DNA of 64,000 nt. It comes from Raillietiella orientalis (taxonomy: Eukaryota). The notes under the pieces are model-generated. The model had not been told where the DNA came from, made no database searches, and worked only from the letters and a program-made list of their open reading frames with translations. The first letter of the stretch is position 1. Every line of letters starts with the position of its first letter. A program made the position numbers and the translations under genes. This document shows positions 37,961 through 51,159 of the stretch, in pieces. Location of the stretch: positions 620,001 through 684,000 of the forward strand of contig JAYWIR010000027.1 of assembly GCA_036172245.1 (NCBI GenBank), read 5' to 3'.

Positions 37961-39479
37961 ATAGTGCTTTCAAACAGCAACGATTGCCAGCCTGGCAGCC
38001 CATTCTTACAGCAGGAACAGTTCTTCCTACTTTCTTTGTTATTGGCATTGCATTCATTCCAATAGGAATAGGACTGTTGTATTTTTCTAATGATGTATGT
38101 GGTGTGCACTGAATTCTAAGAAGAGGTTTTTGTTTCAAATCAAAGGTTAAAGAATTCCAGCTGGATTACACACATTGTCCAAGTGCTGACCCTAAGCATG
38201 TGAATCCAGTAACAGGAAAAAGGTTGTCATGTGCAGAACTCTTTGGTAATCAAACGATTCGTTGTGAATGTCACTTATCCTTTGAACTGAAGGAAAACTT
38301 TGAGGCATGTTACTCTTATTATGTTTTGCCATTATTTATGAACATAGGGCAAAGTGTACATATATTATGGACTGTCAAACTTCTATCAAAACCATCGTCG
38401 CTATGTCAAATCCAGAGATGACAGCCAGTTGCTGGGACTGGATAAGGAGTTGAGCAGTGACTGTGATCCTTTTGCCTATGTAACTATGGGAGGCAAAAAA
38501 ATGAAGATTGCACCATGTGGTGCCATTGCCAACAGTCTTTTTAATGGCAAGTTTCGTGAGATTTTGTAATGAATTGGTTTATTTCGGAAATTCTTTTAAG
38601 ACACTGAGGGTGTTATTTATGTAAATAACATCTGTAATAGTTCTGCTGTACTTGAGCAAGAAATAGAGCATGTATGCTAACTTGTTCTAACAGCTTGCTT
38701 GTTTTGACTGAAAGACATTGTTTCATTTTGTTTTTGCTTTTCCAAATATTCATGAAATTTCTCCAAGATTCCCTAATTTTATGGAGTGGTGAAGTAAAGA
38801 AAGGCTCTGTGGTTCCACTGTTAAACACAGGCATTGCCTGGCCATCGGACAAAGATAGGAAATTCCGTAATCCCCCTGGCTTTGAAAGTGATCCACAGAA
38901 AGGTTGGTTGTTTTTTTCTGGAACTTATTCCCACCAAAAGATACAGCATTTGAGGGTACAGTGCCACCTCCCAATTGGGAGAAGGCTGTGTATGAATTAG
39001 ATCCACACAATCCAGACAACAATGGCTATAAGAATGAAGATCTTATTGTTTGGATGCGCACTGCTGCATTGCCTACTTTTCGCAAGTTATACAGACGTGT
39101 TGATCATTCTGAAAAAGGCTACAGATATGGTTTGCCTGAAGGCAATTACTCCTTGCAGGTGCTATACAGTGAGTATTAGAGCATTTTCAGTTACTGATTT
39201 CGAAAGCAATAATTTTTTGGTAGATTATCCAGTCACATTTTTTGAAGGCACCAAACGTTTGATTATTTCCACTACCTCATTACTGGGAGCCAAAAATCCT
39301 TTTCTGGGCATTGCATACATTGTGGTGGGTTGTCTTTGTAATTTGATGGGCATCATTTTCTTGTTTATCCATTTGCGCTATGGGAAAAGGTTAGTCCTAA
39401 TTCATCACAAGTTTCTTTGACTCATCTCTTTTGCAGTACTTCTGAAGTAATAAATGTGACTCCCAGGACTGAATACTAG
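37961..39479 (+). CDS. CDC50: CDC50/TMEM30 family P4-ATPase flippase beta subunit (CDC50A-like); 5' exon(s) not resolved
   Basis: Exons 37961-38094, 38146-38304, 38348-38546, 38768-38902, 38947-39168, 39224-39389, 39437-39479, all phase-consistent. Motifs [91 protein letters not shown]. Stop TAG 39477-39479. Confidence 0.96.
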
Positions 39480-39999
39480 TCATGCTGTATGGCATTCTGT
39501 TCATGTTTCCAGTAAATATATTTGTTTTTCATCACAAGTTTGTTTATGAAATTTTGAATGAGTCCACTGATTCTCAGTATGGCTATATGTGATGAAGTGC
39601 AGGACTCATTTCATTTCTTTTTCTGACCGTTTTTTGATGAGTGGTGTAAACATGTTTGTGGAAAGATCAAAGAATGTTAGACTAATGGATGTGTTATGCC
39701 CACTGTGGAGGATGGGAAAAATGGGGTCTTCTCCACGGGGTGTGTGGTTTTCGTAGACGCTATCCATTTTTTTTTAACACAGTGACCATCATTAAGCGGT
39801 TCAAAGTCATTCCAATTAAACACACTTCTTTAATGCAAAAATCAGGTATTTTTTAAAACACACCATTTTTTTTTATTTTTCAAAAAATCTGGATAAGTAC
39901 AAAATTTGGTACTATTCAGTTTACAACTGTCTTCCGCCCAATCCCAAGAGTGCACACATTTCCAGAGTTCACTTGGTTGCATGCGTGTTGGCAGGCCTT

Positions 40000-40700
40000 C
40001 AGTTTCAGGTTTTCGCCTGAATCGCTGTTTTGCTGTGCATGAAGTCCAAAGGCAGGATGCATTTTAGTTTCTCAACATTCACAACAACCGATTCGACGTG
40101 CTCCGTGTTAGCCTGAGGCCTGCCTCTATCCACCTGAAATTGTGATTTGCCAATTACTTCGCTGTTGAGTAAGATGAGGTTGTGCCCCCTTTGTTTTGTT
40201 TTGTTTTTAACATTCCCAGCGTCCACGGATCGGAATACTCCATGGACACCGCAGCGATGGCAATGGTGGTCCACGTGCATTTCGCCAGAGTTCAAACGCA
40301 CCGTTTCGTGGAACGAGGGCTCTTCAGGCAATGGTGGTCGTTGTCACGGATTTCTTCCTGCAAGCGGTTGCAATTCTTCCTCTGTAATCGACATGGGAAA
40401 ATGCGATTTTTTTCTTTTTTTATTTCTTTCGGTGTTCCAATTCGCAAAAGCGAGCTCCGGCACAAAGTGTTGTAGCAGCCTGCACCCATTTTGTCGTGTC
40501 TTTCGGGGTCTCGGTTTTCGTGCTGTCTGTTGCCGTGTCCGCTGCGAAGGTGCGTCCAGAGAGCGCTTCGAAGTGCTGATGACGACGCCATCAGCGTCTC
40601 AGAGAAGACTTCCGCCTGGTGCCACCAGCGCGGCGTTTGCTTGCCGAGTCGGAAGCTCTTTCCGGTGTTGCCCTGTCGGGCTGGAAGGTCCTTTCCGAGC
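40000..40700 (-). mobile_element. Possible Merlin/ISXO2-type DNA transposase relic
   Basis: Frameshifted 'YSDPW' (cf. SDxW) and 'FQVDRGRPQANTEHVES' (cf. FVDP..GANTQxIES) in the expected order. Confidence 0.3.
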
Positions 40701-43700
40701 TGCTGCAGCGAAAGCACACCAGGGCTAAGCTACGTAATCCCCTTACTGCCCGAACCCTTCCAGGTCGCCCGTCGCGACTTGGGATGATCCATCCCTTGAA
40801 CCCGAAACTCCCACTGATTCCTTCTTTCATGATCCTCTTTTATGAACTTTGGATCTGTTTCTTTAGGCAACCACCATCTTCTTCTCCCTAGGCGCACCCA
40901 GCAGGCTTGCAAGAATTTCAGCGTGCGGTGGTCCTCAGCAGCTCTCTCGTCGCAAACCCAAACAGATGGAGTGAGTGTTGCATCGTCCTCGGTCATTAGC
41001 CGGGGCGTCGGTTCGAACTCGGAATCGATTCTTCATGCAATATGAACGACGAACTTTCGGGCTTCGTGTCCGTGCAAATATTGATACAAGTTGTCCATAA
41101 TTCAAGTTGGTGCTTCTTCTTCTTCTTTTTTTTTTTTTTTTTTTTTTTTGCAGTTTACGAATGAGAGCCGTTCCGGCCCCCCTTGTAAAATTAACCGCGT
41201 GCTTTGTACAGCTTGCAGTTACAGTGTCTTTGAGCATCTCCGCTCTCTCCGTGTCGACTGATTTTATATTTTTTTTTTTTTGAATCGTACAGAGTCTCGA
41301 AGAGATCGTGTAAATGCTTCCCTTGTGAATCTCTCGGTCGAAACGGATCCCCAGTAACACGAAGTTGGAGATTGCACCTACTTGCGGTGCTGAGGCGCAC
41401 CTCGGCGGCCCCATGCGGGTCCTGTGGCGCGCGATCCTCTTATCCCGTATTTTCCCCTTTTTTCCCTTCACTTTGGAAGCCTGCCATGTCTTGTTTTGCC
41501 ATTAGGTTGCATTCAGCACCGAGTTGACCGTGCCTGCTTTTGCTTCCCTTTGCACGTTTCGACAAGCACGTTTCGCACTATGGTTACGGATCCAAATCAC
41601 GTCGTCTTCTCCCCCCCTTCATCACCACGTATGCCTCGTGCCCCAGCCTCTGTCGCAGATCACGCCGCTCGCTACCGATGGTGGCCCCCAGTCTTCCGTT
41701 GCACCGCCTATCGAATTAATCTTCTCAGAAAAAAAAAAAAAGACATTCGGCGTCCAAGGCCAACCCTTGTTTTGTATCCCGAAATCCACGATGCGTTCGT
41801 AAATCGAGTCTTTTCTGTGCTAATTATTCTTGAATGGTCCCAAGCGGTTCGGTGCCTTTCAAGTGGTGCCTTCCTCCCCTTCCCCCCCCCCCCCTTTAAA
41901 TCGGTTGGCAGCAGCCTCGGCCTGCTTCCTTACTTTCGAAATGGTTTGCCCCTGTTTCCCTTTCGGAGCAATCTCGATCGCTGATCTCGCTCCTTGCTGC
42001 TGATGCTGCACGCCCTCATGAAAAATTGCAAAAGTGCAAATTGGCAAATAATGCGAGTGCGAAAAGGTACGCTATCGCACGATCGTGTCATCACGCGAAA
42101 GTGCTGATGCAGCTCTCGTTAATGACTGAATATTCATCAAGATGACTCATTCACATGCAAAGGTCGCATATGGATGAGCGGCGTAGGTGCAGATGCAACC
42201 GTGGTCGCCGGTGTGGATGCAATGATTCACCGAGGCCCTGCAAAGATCGCAGAGCTTCAGTGAATGATTGAAAGGAGAGCATTTGGTGTGTGCTTTCGGG
42301 TGCAAAATACCTGCGGCCAAGCACCGGCCGTTTCCATGGGGGTCACCAGTGTCCGCGAAAGGGTGGTGCAACCTGTTCGGAGCAAGCTGGGTGCAGTCCT
42401 GGGGAAGTGGGTGGTGCAGAGTTGCCGACGTGGTGGTGGGGTGGTGGTGGTGGGAGTGCATCTGGAGCATGAGGATGGACCGATTAGCAAATCCCGCCCG
42501 TCCGCGCGGTGGATCTTTCCACGCAGCCTTTGGAGCATTGGCGATTTTCAGGGGCGGCTGTGCAGTCCTGAAGACGTTCTTCCTTTCCGGAAGGCATGGA
42601 CGTGGGTGCGTCGGTCGACTCCCTCTCGGTGCACACGGCCACGTGAAAATCCCGCCCGTATATGAAAAGGACAAGTGATTTCCCGGAAAATGCTCCGATC
42701 AATTGCTGCTGCTGCTATTGATCCGCCTCAGGAGCCGCTCCGGCATAAAACTTTCACGAAAGACCGGGCAACGTCGCGAAGAGGCAGTTTCACAGCCGGG
42801 ATCGCGCACTTCCGGTTATGCTGGAAGGTACGCGTTGTCCCCCCGAAAGGCACACCGTTTCGGGGATAACGTGATTTCACGAGGAAAACTGAATCACGTA
42901 AATCGTAGCAACAGCGTTTATGAACTCCCTGTTGTTCAGCTATTTCGTAAATAAATAAGTAAACGCTTTGAGATTGTCGATTAGGGGAGAGTAATCTCAT
43001 GGAATCTCATGAATGTCATTAAGTATCGAACGGAGGCATAATTGGAATTAATATAGGTTTGCTGTTTGAATTAATGATTTACGGTGCAGAAATTGAAAGG
43101 GGGGGGGGGGGGAAGGAACAACAACAACGACGACGACGACGAAAGAAAGAAAGAAATTTCTTGTACTTTTTCGTTTGCTTCTTTTGTGAACGCTTCCCAG
43201 AGAAAAAGTCGCCGGCGGAGATGTGGCCGAGTTGACCGGAACCGTCCCTCTTTCCCGTTCGGATGCCGTTCCCCCAAATCCTCCGCTCCGACGAAGATCG
43301 GTTGCGAAATTTCGCCGTGTCGGGAAGGCAGTCGCGTTGCGATCGGCAGATCGGAATGCACCAAAACGCAGTAGCAATTTTTGTGACAGAATCCGTCGCC
43401 AAAGCATCATCCAGGACCACGGATTGATTCACTTCGCTCCTTGGTTCCGTGCGATTTCCCCCTTGGTTTCCACTCCCCGCTGAAGGAGGTGCCCTCTTGG
43501 GGAAAGGAGACTCCCACGGTCTGGACGGCCCTACCCAGCCGCACACTGCCTCTTCCTTTGCAAGAATTTTTCATCCGAGCGCATAGTAGGTCACAAAGCA
43601 GTACCTGGACTCCTTTCGGATTCGCATCTGATTTCATCACACGCACGCTCCGCTTCCGTTCTCAGCTGAAAGTTCGTTTTCGATGGAAATTTCATCAATC

Positions 43701-45149
43701 GAAGGACAATTTCGCTTCCCGATTCAGCAGCAAAGTCCAGGACTCCCCTCCCCTCCCCCCCCCCTTTTCTCTTTTCGAGTGACGCGCTCGTACGATTACA
43801 CACATCCAGCCGATGCATTCGCTCCTCTTCCATACCCCCCAACCGTCCATGGATTGCTTCCCCAGAAATGCTTGACCATCCGGGTATTTCTTCGGCCTTG
43901 GATCTCCGGAGCAGTTTTGGGGAGCGGCAGTGCCATTGGCGAGTGATCAAGTGGGGGCGCAGGGCCCTGAACCCTGGGAGAAAATGTCCGCCGCGATTCT
44001 CCTTGCGACTTGCAACAGAATGCCGTCTGATCTCGACTGCCGTCCATCCCAGGTCGATAATGCGAGCGGGGGCTTTCGTGTCCCGGAATTCCCGTTGATC
44101 CTGATTGCTCCTGACAAATGCGTACTCCGTTGCCTCGAACGCTAATCCTTGCCCCACCAGTTTTGTCATGGAAATGACAGCTTGATGTTTCTTGCTAGCA
44201 ACGTTCGTGTTTTATCTTACGGGCTTACGGTTGGTTATTTGTTCTTTCCATGAGCCCATTTCGATAGTCCCCTCTCCCCTTTCCCGAAAGCTCTAAATTT
44301 CTATCTTTTTTTTTTCCTTTTATTCTTCCTCAAAAGTAATGTCTGATTCTGCCAATGAAAGCTCAATCTCCTTGACGATTTTTCTGCGTTGCTGCGTCCG
44401 CGGAATGGCTTTTTCACAATCGATAAGCTCCGAGCACGGTCGTCGAAATGAATGCAAGTGTGCATCCCGGTGGCATCCCTGGTGGCTTGGTACATTGGGG
44501 ATGGACGAGAGTCCTCTTCCCCTAGTAGTGCGAAAAAGAACTGTGCGACCCCCCCTCCCCCCCCAACTCGAAAGCAGAAGCTTAGCAGAAAGCACTGCTG
44601 CCGTTTTTTCTAATTCCATCTAAATCCGGGCTCATTTAGAGTGTTCTCCGCTAGCGTTCATCCCCATTCAAAGCACATTTCATTGCGTCGCAGCATTTCT
44701 GAAATTCCTCTTCCTGCTTATGTAAAATCTGTTATGTAAAATGGCAGGCCTATCTATCCAATTAAATAAATGTATGTATTGGATGCAGCGCGATACGCAC
44801 CGCTGTCTGTTTCCAAATCAATTGAATTAATAGTGTGTGCGATTTTACTCATACACGTGTCATACTATAATGTAATATTTAAAATACCTTTGTGTCCCTC
44901 CTGTCGTCTTTGTCAGGTCGTAATAATTTAATGCGTTAGAGTTCTCAGTACGTTGCATTGCATTTTAGCGCTGCTTTCTAAAAATTGCACACATCTCGCA
45001 AACCCTTGTCAGAACTGTTACTTGGCAACCCATCTCCCCGTGCGTCTTCGTCTCGCCTTTCGGTTCTGCTGCTGCTCGGCAAGGCGACGTGCGCTTCGTC
45101 CGTGCACGGCGTAGGCGGACAACCAAATTAGCAACTTCGCTTTTCATAT

Positions 45150-45800
45150 ACTTCTTGCCCATTTCCCCGGACATATCCATTTCCCTGAGCTCCTGTCCGT
45201 GCGTGGGGGTTTCCTATGTTTCAGCGGTACAGAAGTCCAGATCCACGCGCGTCTTCTTCCCTTCCCATTCACCTGTTGGCTCCCGCGCTCTGCACTACCC
45301 GTTTTGTCACGGAATCTAAATCTTTGCAAAGCCTGGAAAGAGCCTCCCCCTCGTTTCCTGCGGCACAGGAGACCGATGCATGCCGTCCTCCCGAAAGAAG
45401 ACTGAACGCTTCTGCTTCTGACCTGCTTCCGGCATCTAGAAGCCCGTGGGGGGGGGGGGGGGGGAAAGAGGGGGTGAGGGGGAAAGCGCACCCCCAGAAG
45501 AACTGCGCCGGAGCTTCGCGACAAAAATGAGCCACGGATTCCTGCCGAAGAGAGCTTTTCCGGCAGACGCTGGTTGCACAGTTGGAGGTGCTCCAAAAAA
45601 TGAAAAGTGTGACCCCTGAATGGAACGCTCCCATCAGGAAAATCCGAGGGGAAACTGAACTTCAAGCTGGGAAACATAGGCGACTGCAACTTTCGCACGT
45701 CATAGAACCCGCAGAATACACTTGTGAGCGGTCAGCTGAAGGACTTTTGTCCACCAAGTGCGGAACAATATGCCGAGCGGTGGCGGTTGTTTTGGTATTG
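45150..45800 (+). mobile_element. Possible piggyBac transposase C-terminal relic
   Basis: 'ELFRQTLVAQL' followed by a His/Cys-containing stretch resembles the piggyBac C-terminus; weak. Confidence 0.22.
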
Positions 45801-45904
45801 AGGAGGAATCCTCTCAAAATTTCTTCAAGTTGGATCGTTCTGGAACATTCCCTGCAGCCAATTCCTAAGGCAGCGTTTCCCAAACCGTGTTCCACGCCAC
45901 CCGA

Positions 45905-46690
45905 GGCGGGTGGGTCGCGGGCGGGTAATTCTTCAAAATAGAGGGTGCCTCGGGAGGGGTCCGCCCTATGAATCCAGGAAGGACTCGGAGTCCGTTCCTC
46001 TCACGCCTGGGGAGGGATCCCCGGAAATGGAGATCACCTCCACCCTGGTTGTCTCCGAAGGGGAATCCAGAAGGGAATCTCTTTCCTTATTCTCTCCGGA
46101 GGACCTCCGGGGGAGTCCGCTCCATTCTTTCTTCTCTGAAGGGATCCGATCCTGGAATTTCTTCTCCGGAGGGATCCCCCGCAAGGGATCCGCTCCTGTT
46201 TTTATTCCTCTGAAGAGAACCCAGAAGGGACGCTTCCGAACTTCAGAAGAACGCAGCTTCCCGGAAGGGATCGGCTCGCGTCTCTGCTCTCTCTGGAGAG
46301 GTGGTGGCGACACACCTACTCCATCAGTCCGACGCGGAAAGGTCCCTCCGGAATGGGGGTCCGCTCCTTCACAACCGGAGGGGAAGAACTCCCACTCCTT
46401 GATTGCTGGAAGGACGCGAAGGTTGACTCCCATTGTCCCGGCCCTCATCGGGGGTATTCGGTTTCAACCGCTACCAGTGCCGCACCCGGATGAATGCAGG
46501 CCAACCAGCGTCGTCTTTTGGGGTGAAATCGGGACCCAAGACGCACTGCCCCGTCGATGCAGTTTGGGGTGTTCGAACCCACGGCGCCTGGTGGTGCCAC
46601 GCGCGGAGACCACCGTAACCACACGGCCTCTGACGCGGGCCATGAACCAGTGTTCCGAGGAAAGTCAGCAAGTGTTCCATGAAAAATTAT
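45905..46690 (-). repeat. Repeat family X, copy 3 (reverse orientation)
   Basis: Reverse complement aligns with copies 1, 2 and 4; head has TGGTTACGGTGG and GGTTCGAACACC (46567-46630). Confidence 0.8.
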
Positions 46691-47849
46691 GAAAATTAAT
46701 GCATTTCAAATGCTATTGAGTTTACTTTACTGTTTTCATGTGTTCTGTTTTGCATTATCGAAATCTGAGGACAAATGTTCGTGTTGTTTCCTTGAGTCTT
46801 ACATTTACTTGCTTAATTTATTCATGATGAATATCTTCCTACCCTATACCATAACCAAGGGCATTCCGTTAAAATTTCGGGATTTGTGAATTTGTGTTCC
46901 GTCATGGGGAAACGCAGCTCTAAGGGAAGACAAACAGGGATTGTAGGGGAATGAAAATCAGGTTGATAGTTGGGCTCGTGGATTGCTGCCTGGTTGCAAA
47001 TAGTGCTCCCTTGTTCTTTCCTCCTTCCGGTTGTTCTCTAATCTTTCTCTTTTTTCCTTTTCAATGAGTTTATTGCAATAGGCAATGCATTTCCAAATAA
47101 GATACAAATCTAATCACAGATGAACAATCACAGATCATCTTCGCCCCAAACCCAGAGCCTGCTAACAGATCTCGGGGAAGCCGCTGCTGCCCCAAGAGAT
47201 GGTATCGTTGCCTCCCGAGATAAAGTAGCTTTCCCTCTCTTGGAATCTCTGTCTTCGCTAAGCGTTTTCGGAAGCAGACACTTAGCGAAGATGTATGATG
47301 CAAAATCGTGCATCTTGGCATGCAACTCTTCAGTTTATGGTGCAAAATGTGTGTTTTTTTCCCCCCCTTCTGTTGAAATTAGTGATGACTTTTCTTTTGT
47401 AAAGTAGCATTTCGAACCTCAGATTGTGTTTCTGTTCACTCTGAAAATGAATGATGAAAGATACTGGCCAGCGGCTTTTTCCGCTGTCATAATTTATGAG
47501 TAGCGCGATGCGAGTTATGGTTACCGTGGTTACCATGGGGCGGGTTTACCAGCTCCGAAATTGTTGCTACAAAGGGGAAAAAAAAACCTAGGTTGCAGCA
47601 GGGATTTCGGGAATGTTCCGTGGTCTCGATTCAGATCCGCAAATGAGATATTCCTGTTTCATGATTCAACATCTTCGGTTCGGGCTGAATTTTCGGGAGC
47701 GTCGGTCGGAATTTGCTAGACGGGGTTCATCTCGAAGATTTTGCTCGGTCATACGTAGGCAGAGCGCGATATAACTGCGGGAACACAGCTGATTCCTGGA
47801 TCGTTGGTTAAGGAATTCTGGAAATGAAGTTAAAAGTTCTGACTGTTTC

Positions 47850-48400
47850 GCAGGGAAAGCTGCCAGAGACCAGATGATTGACGAAGTGGAACCCAAACGT
47901 CCGGAAGTGTTAGGCGGGTGCAGCGCTTCCCGAATTCGGGATAGACATCCGAGCCTCTCAAGGGCGTTCGACGCATTCCCCCTGGTTCCTCGAGGATCGC
48001 AAAGACCTCGAAGTTCCGTTGGAAACGCGTCGGAACCTGGCGCTGGAGAACCAGTGGACCACGAAGATAATTCATGCGGCAGCGACGCAGCGAGATGATG
48101 CTGATCGGGGAATATTTGCCCTGCCCGTCAGCTGGATTCTGGCAGGATAAAGACATTGGACGAACACGTGAGCGGCGTGTTTGAGACGGGAGCGGAGGGA
48201 AGGAACGGCGCTCGTGTAGTCGAGAGCTAGCAACCGTGAAAATGGCCATGAGCGCTTGGCAACGCCCCACGAAGACCGGAATACTGCTGTGGCAGCTGGG
48301 GCTCCAACCGAGAGACGGATCCCACGTCAAGGTCCTTGGGCGGACGTCCGGGGCTGACGGACGGCACCGACCATCCCTCCCGGGACGGGTTCCTCACGAA
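47850..48400 (-). mobile_element. Non-LTR reverse transcriptase fragment
   Basis: 'SPGRP' followed by 'GKYSPISIIS' (cf. SPGPDG ... NYRPISLLS). Confidence 0.3.
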
Positions 48401-48889
48401 GAGCGCGCGCCTGGCGGGAGTGCGAGGGAACCACCAGGGAAGCTGACGGAGCCGGAGAAGGATCAGAACGGTCCTTTCGGCACGAGGAGACCTCTGTCCA
48501 CCCTCTAATTGGCCCTGAGTACAGGAATGACTAGCCGGAGGGAACGCGGGAAACTATCCCAACGTTTGAACTTTGACCTCTTGCACCCTCAGACTGACTC
48601 TGCGCAGTTGTTTCAAAGAGGAAGAGGGGGGAGGGATTCCTTTGATCCCTTTCGCCACTGGTCCGTTCGCTGTAAGAGAACGGCGCCGAAGGTCCGCCAG
48701 CGGAACTACCTGCTGTTGCGTGGTTGCCGTTGCGACCGCTTCCTTCCTGCCGATGGTCGCAGCTGGTTTGTTCCACTCTCGCCTTGGCCATCCCCTCTGG
48801 GCTGGAGTGCCCCACTGTTCGTTGCCTCTGCGCCGGGCACCCTGTCAGCCCGCACCCTTAGGGGGGGGACCATCCATGCCCGCGAAACC

Positions 48890-49125
48890 ATCCGGCGTCC
48901 TGCTCCTCCGTTCGTGGTGAGCACTGGGACGCAGGGAACGACCCCTTCTGGGGGTCCCTCCGGGGAGAATAAGGAAGAGGTTGTTCCCTTCGGGGTTCCC
49001 CTCCCAAGCGTGAGAGAAACGGAGTCCTTCCTCCGGCGCCCTTCCTGGATTCATAGGGTAGTCCCACCGTGTATATTCCCCCTTTCTCCACCCATAACTT
49101 GAAGGAGAGTTACGTGCACCCTCGG
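48890..49125 (+). repeat. Repeat family X, copy 4 (3' portion only)
   Basis: CCGGGGAGAATAAGGAAGA..CCTCCCAAGCG..TTCCTGGATTCATAGGG..ATAACTTGAA..GTTAC..CCCTCGG matches the 3' ends of copies 1 and 3. Confidence 0.78.
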
Positions 49126-49199
49126 TCGGCGTTGAAGAGCTTCGCGAGCCTTCCGCAAGGAGTAGGCGGACGGTTCTCCAGCACTTCTTGAAACACTCC

Positions 49200-49950
49200 T
49201 CCCCCAAAAGGGAGGCTGGAAGGGTGGGCGCCGGGAGTTTCTCCCTGCCTGTCGCCGCCGCCGGTGTTCCGAGAGGAGACCGACCGACCCACGTCTGGAG
49301 GAGCCCCGGTTGCCACCACGCAACGGGAGGACCTACTTCTGCTTCCTGCCGGAGCGTCTCGGGCGCTCCGCTGGGACAGCAGAGGGGAGTTCATTTGTCC
49401 CCCACTCCACCCTCTGCCGGTTCCTCCCTCCCGATGTCCTCGGCCGCTTCTCGGGCGAGACGCGTTCGTAATGGACAACGTCCTCCCTGGTCAGCTGCAG
49501 GTCGGGTCCCCCCCCCCAGACTGTGCGCGCCGCCGCCGGAAGAAGCGATCCTCCGCCGCTGGCGCTCCCTCTCCTCCCACAGAGGGACGTGGCTGGCCCT
49601 GCTCCGTCGTTTCGCGGGCAGTCGTATCCATGGATACGGTTTCCGCCACCGTCCTCGCTTCCCGAGCCCGGTAATTCCCCGGGACCGCGTCCCTGCAGGA
49701 GCGCCTCGGAGGGACGGGCGTCAGAGCTACAGCGCGCTGCCCCCCCCTTCGGGAGGGCCGGAAGAGCTGGCGGGAGAGCTTCCCCCGGTCTCCACTCCCG
49801 CCGAGGAGCGTGTTGGCGGGGGGCGTCGCCTGCCTGGCTTCCGGGAGGGATAGGTCAAAGCCGCTGGCCCCCGGGACCTCCAGGGAAGCGCGCGGCTCTC
49901 TCTCTCCCACTCCTGATGGCTCCGGTTCGGGTCGGTGGGACAGAGGCCGC
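49200..49950 (-). mobile_element. L1/Tx1-type AP-endonuclease relic
   Basis: ORF 49491-49910: 'FDLSLPE...GGQRAVAL...GGDPTC' (cf. DIxxLQE, GVAIL, GGDFNC), then 'SEH' (cf. SDH) in another frame. Confidence 0.45.
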
Positions 49951-50059
49951 AGCGAGTGCGCAGATGCAATCAGCTGGGGGTGGGCCGGCGGACGTCGCGC
50001 GGGTCACCTGACCTAAGAAAGGAAGCGCGCAAGGTGGGAGAGGAAGGGGGGGTCCCGAC

Positions 50060-51110
50060 CCCACGTGAGGTGGGGCGAATTCTTCCGTCCTTCTGACTTC
50101 AGCAAGGAGCCATCAGGTGAGGAAGAACAAAGTTCTCCCACAGTGCCTTGAACTTTGACCTCGGCATTTCAGGCGAAGATGGACACAGCGGCAGGGGGAA
50201 AGGAGAATCAGGACGCCTGCCACGCACTGCTCCACCCCTGGTGACTCTGGCCTGCTGCCTTGCTTCGCGGGTCCCCGCGGATCCCGGGGGAGAATCCTGT
50301 CGTGTCCCTCGTGGCGAGTCCCTCTGGTCTGCCCGAGGAGGAAGGCTGCCCTCCCTCTCGGTGCCTCTCGATGGGGGCGCTTCTCGGAATGCGACCCCGT
50401 GCAGCGAGAACTCGTCTCCCACCTGCGGTAGGCCTCGGCCACCTTCCTGGAACCCACCTTCCGCCTCCTCAGGGTGCTCTGGCTGCGACGCGCACCTCGC
50501 GGGTGTTCCCTCCCGCAGGCGCCATGACGACGAACCTCGTCGTTGTCGTCGTCGCCTTTCCGGGTGCCTCCGTCCCTTCTGCTGACCTTCGACCGCGTTT
50601 GTCCTTCCTTTCCCGATGGAGGTGACCCCGGGAATCATCGTTGCGCAGGGCTCTGACCTCGGCGGCGGTCCTCACCGACGGAGGCGCGCGTCTACGTCCA
50701 AGAAGACCCTCGGTTTCCCGGAGGAAGTGTCCATTCTTAGTCCAGGTCACCTCCAGCGTGCGCGTCGTCTCACCTAGTGGGACTCTGCCCCCTCGGCTGG
50801 CCGCACCATGGTGGCCTCCACCCGGATAGCGGCGCCGTCCGTTGGAACGTTTGCTCTGCGCCCCGAGGAGCGCCGAAGCGTCCAGAACCAGGAAGGGCCT
50901 TCTTGCGGGGACCGCCGCAGCCCCGGGGCGATGTACGTCTGACCCGTGGCGAGTCCTCCGAGCACCAGCGCGTTTGGGGCTCGAGCGCGGCGTTCGAGGC
51001 CGCGGGAGGCTGTTGCCACGCAACGCGCGGGGTTCCAGAAGGAAGGGACGATAGGCAGGCAAGCAGGGAGGAGCGACCTGGCTAGCCGGATCACCATGCT
51101 GTCCCTTCGC
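50060..51110 (-). mobile_element. L1/Tx1-type LINE 3' relic
   Basis: 'FSLHGV' and terminal 'KFKALWEN' resemble the Tx1 ORF2 C-terminus. Confidence 0.35.
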
Positions 51111-51159
51111 GAGTGAGGCCGACGCCTTTCATGGAGGTTGCCACCCGGTCACACCGGAA

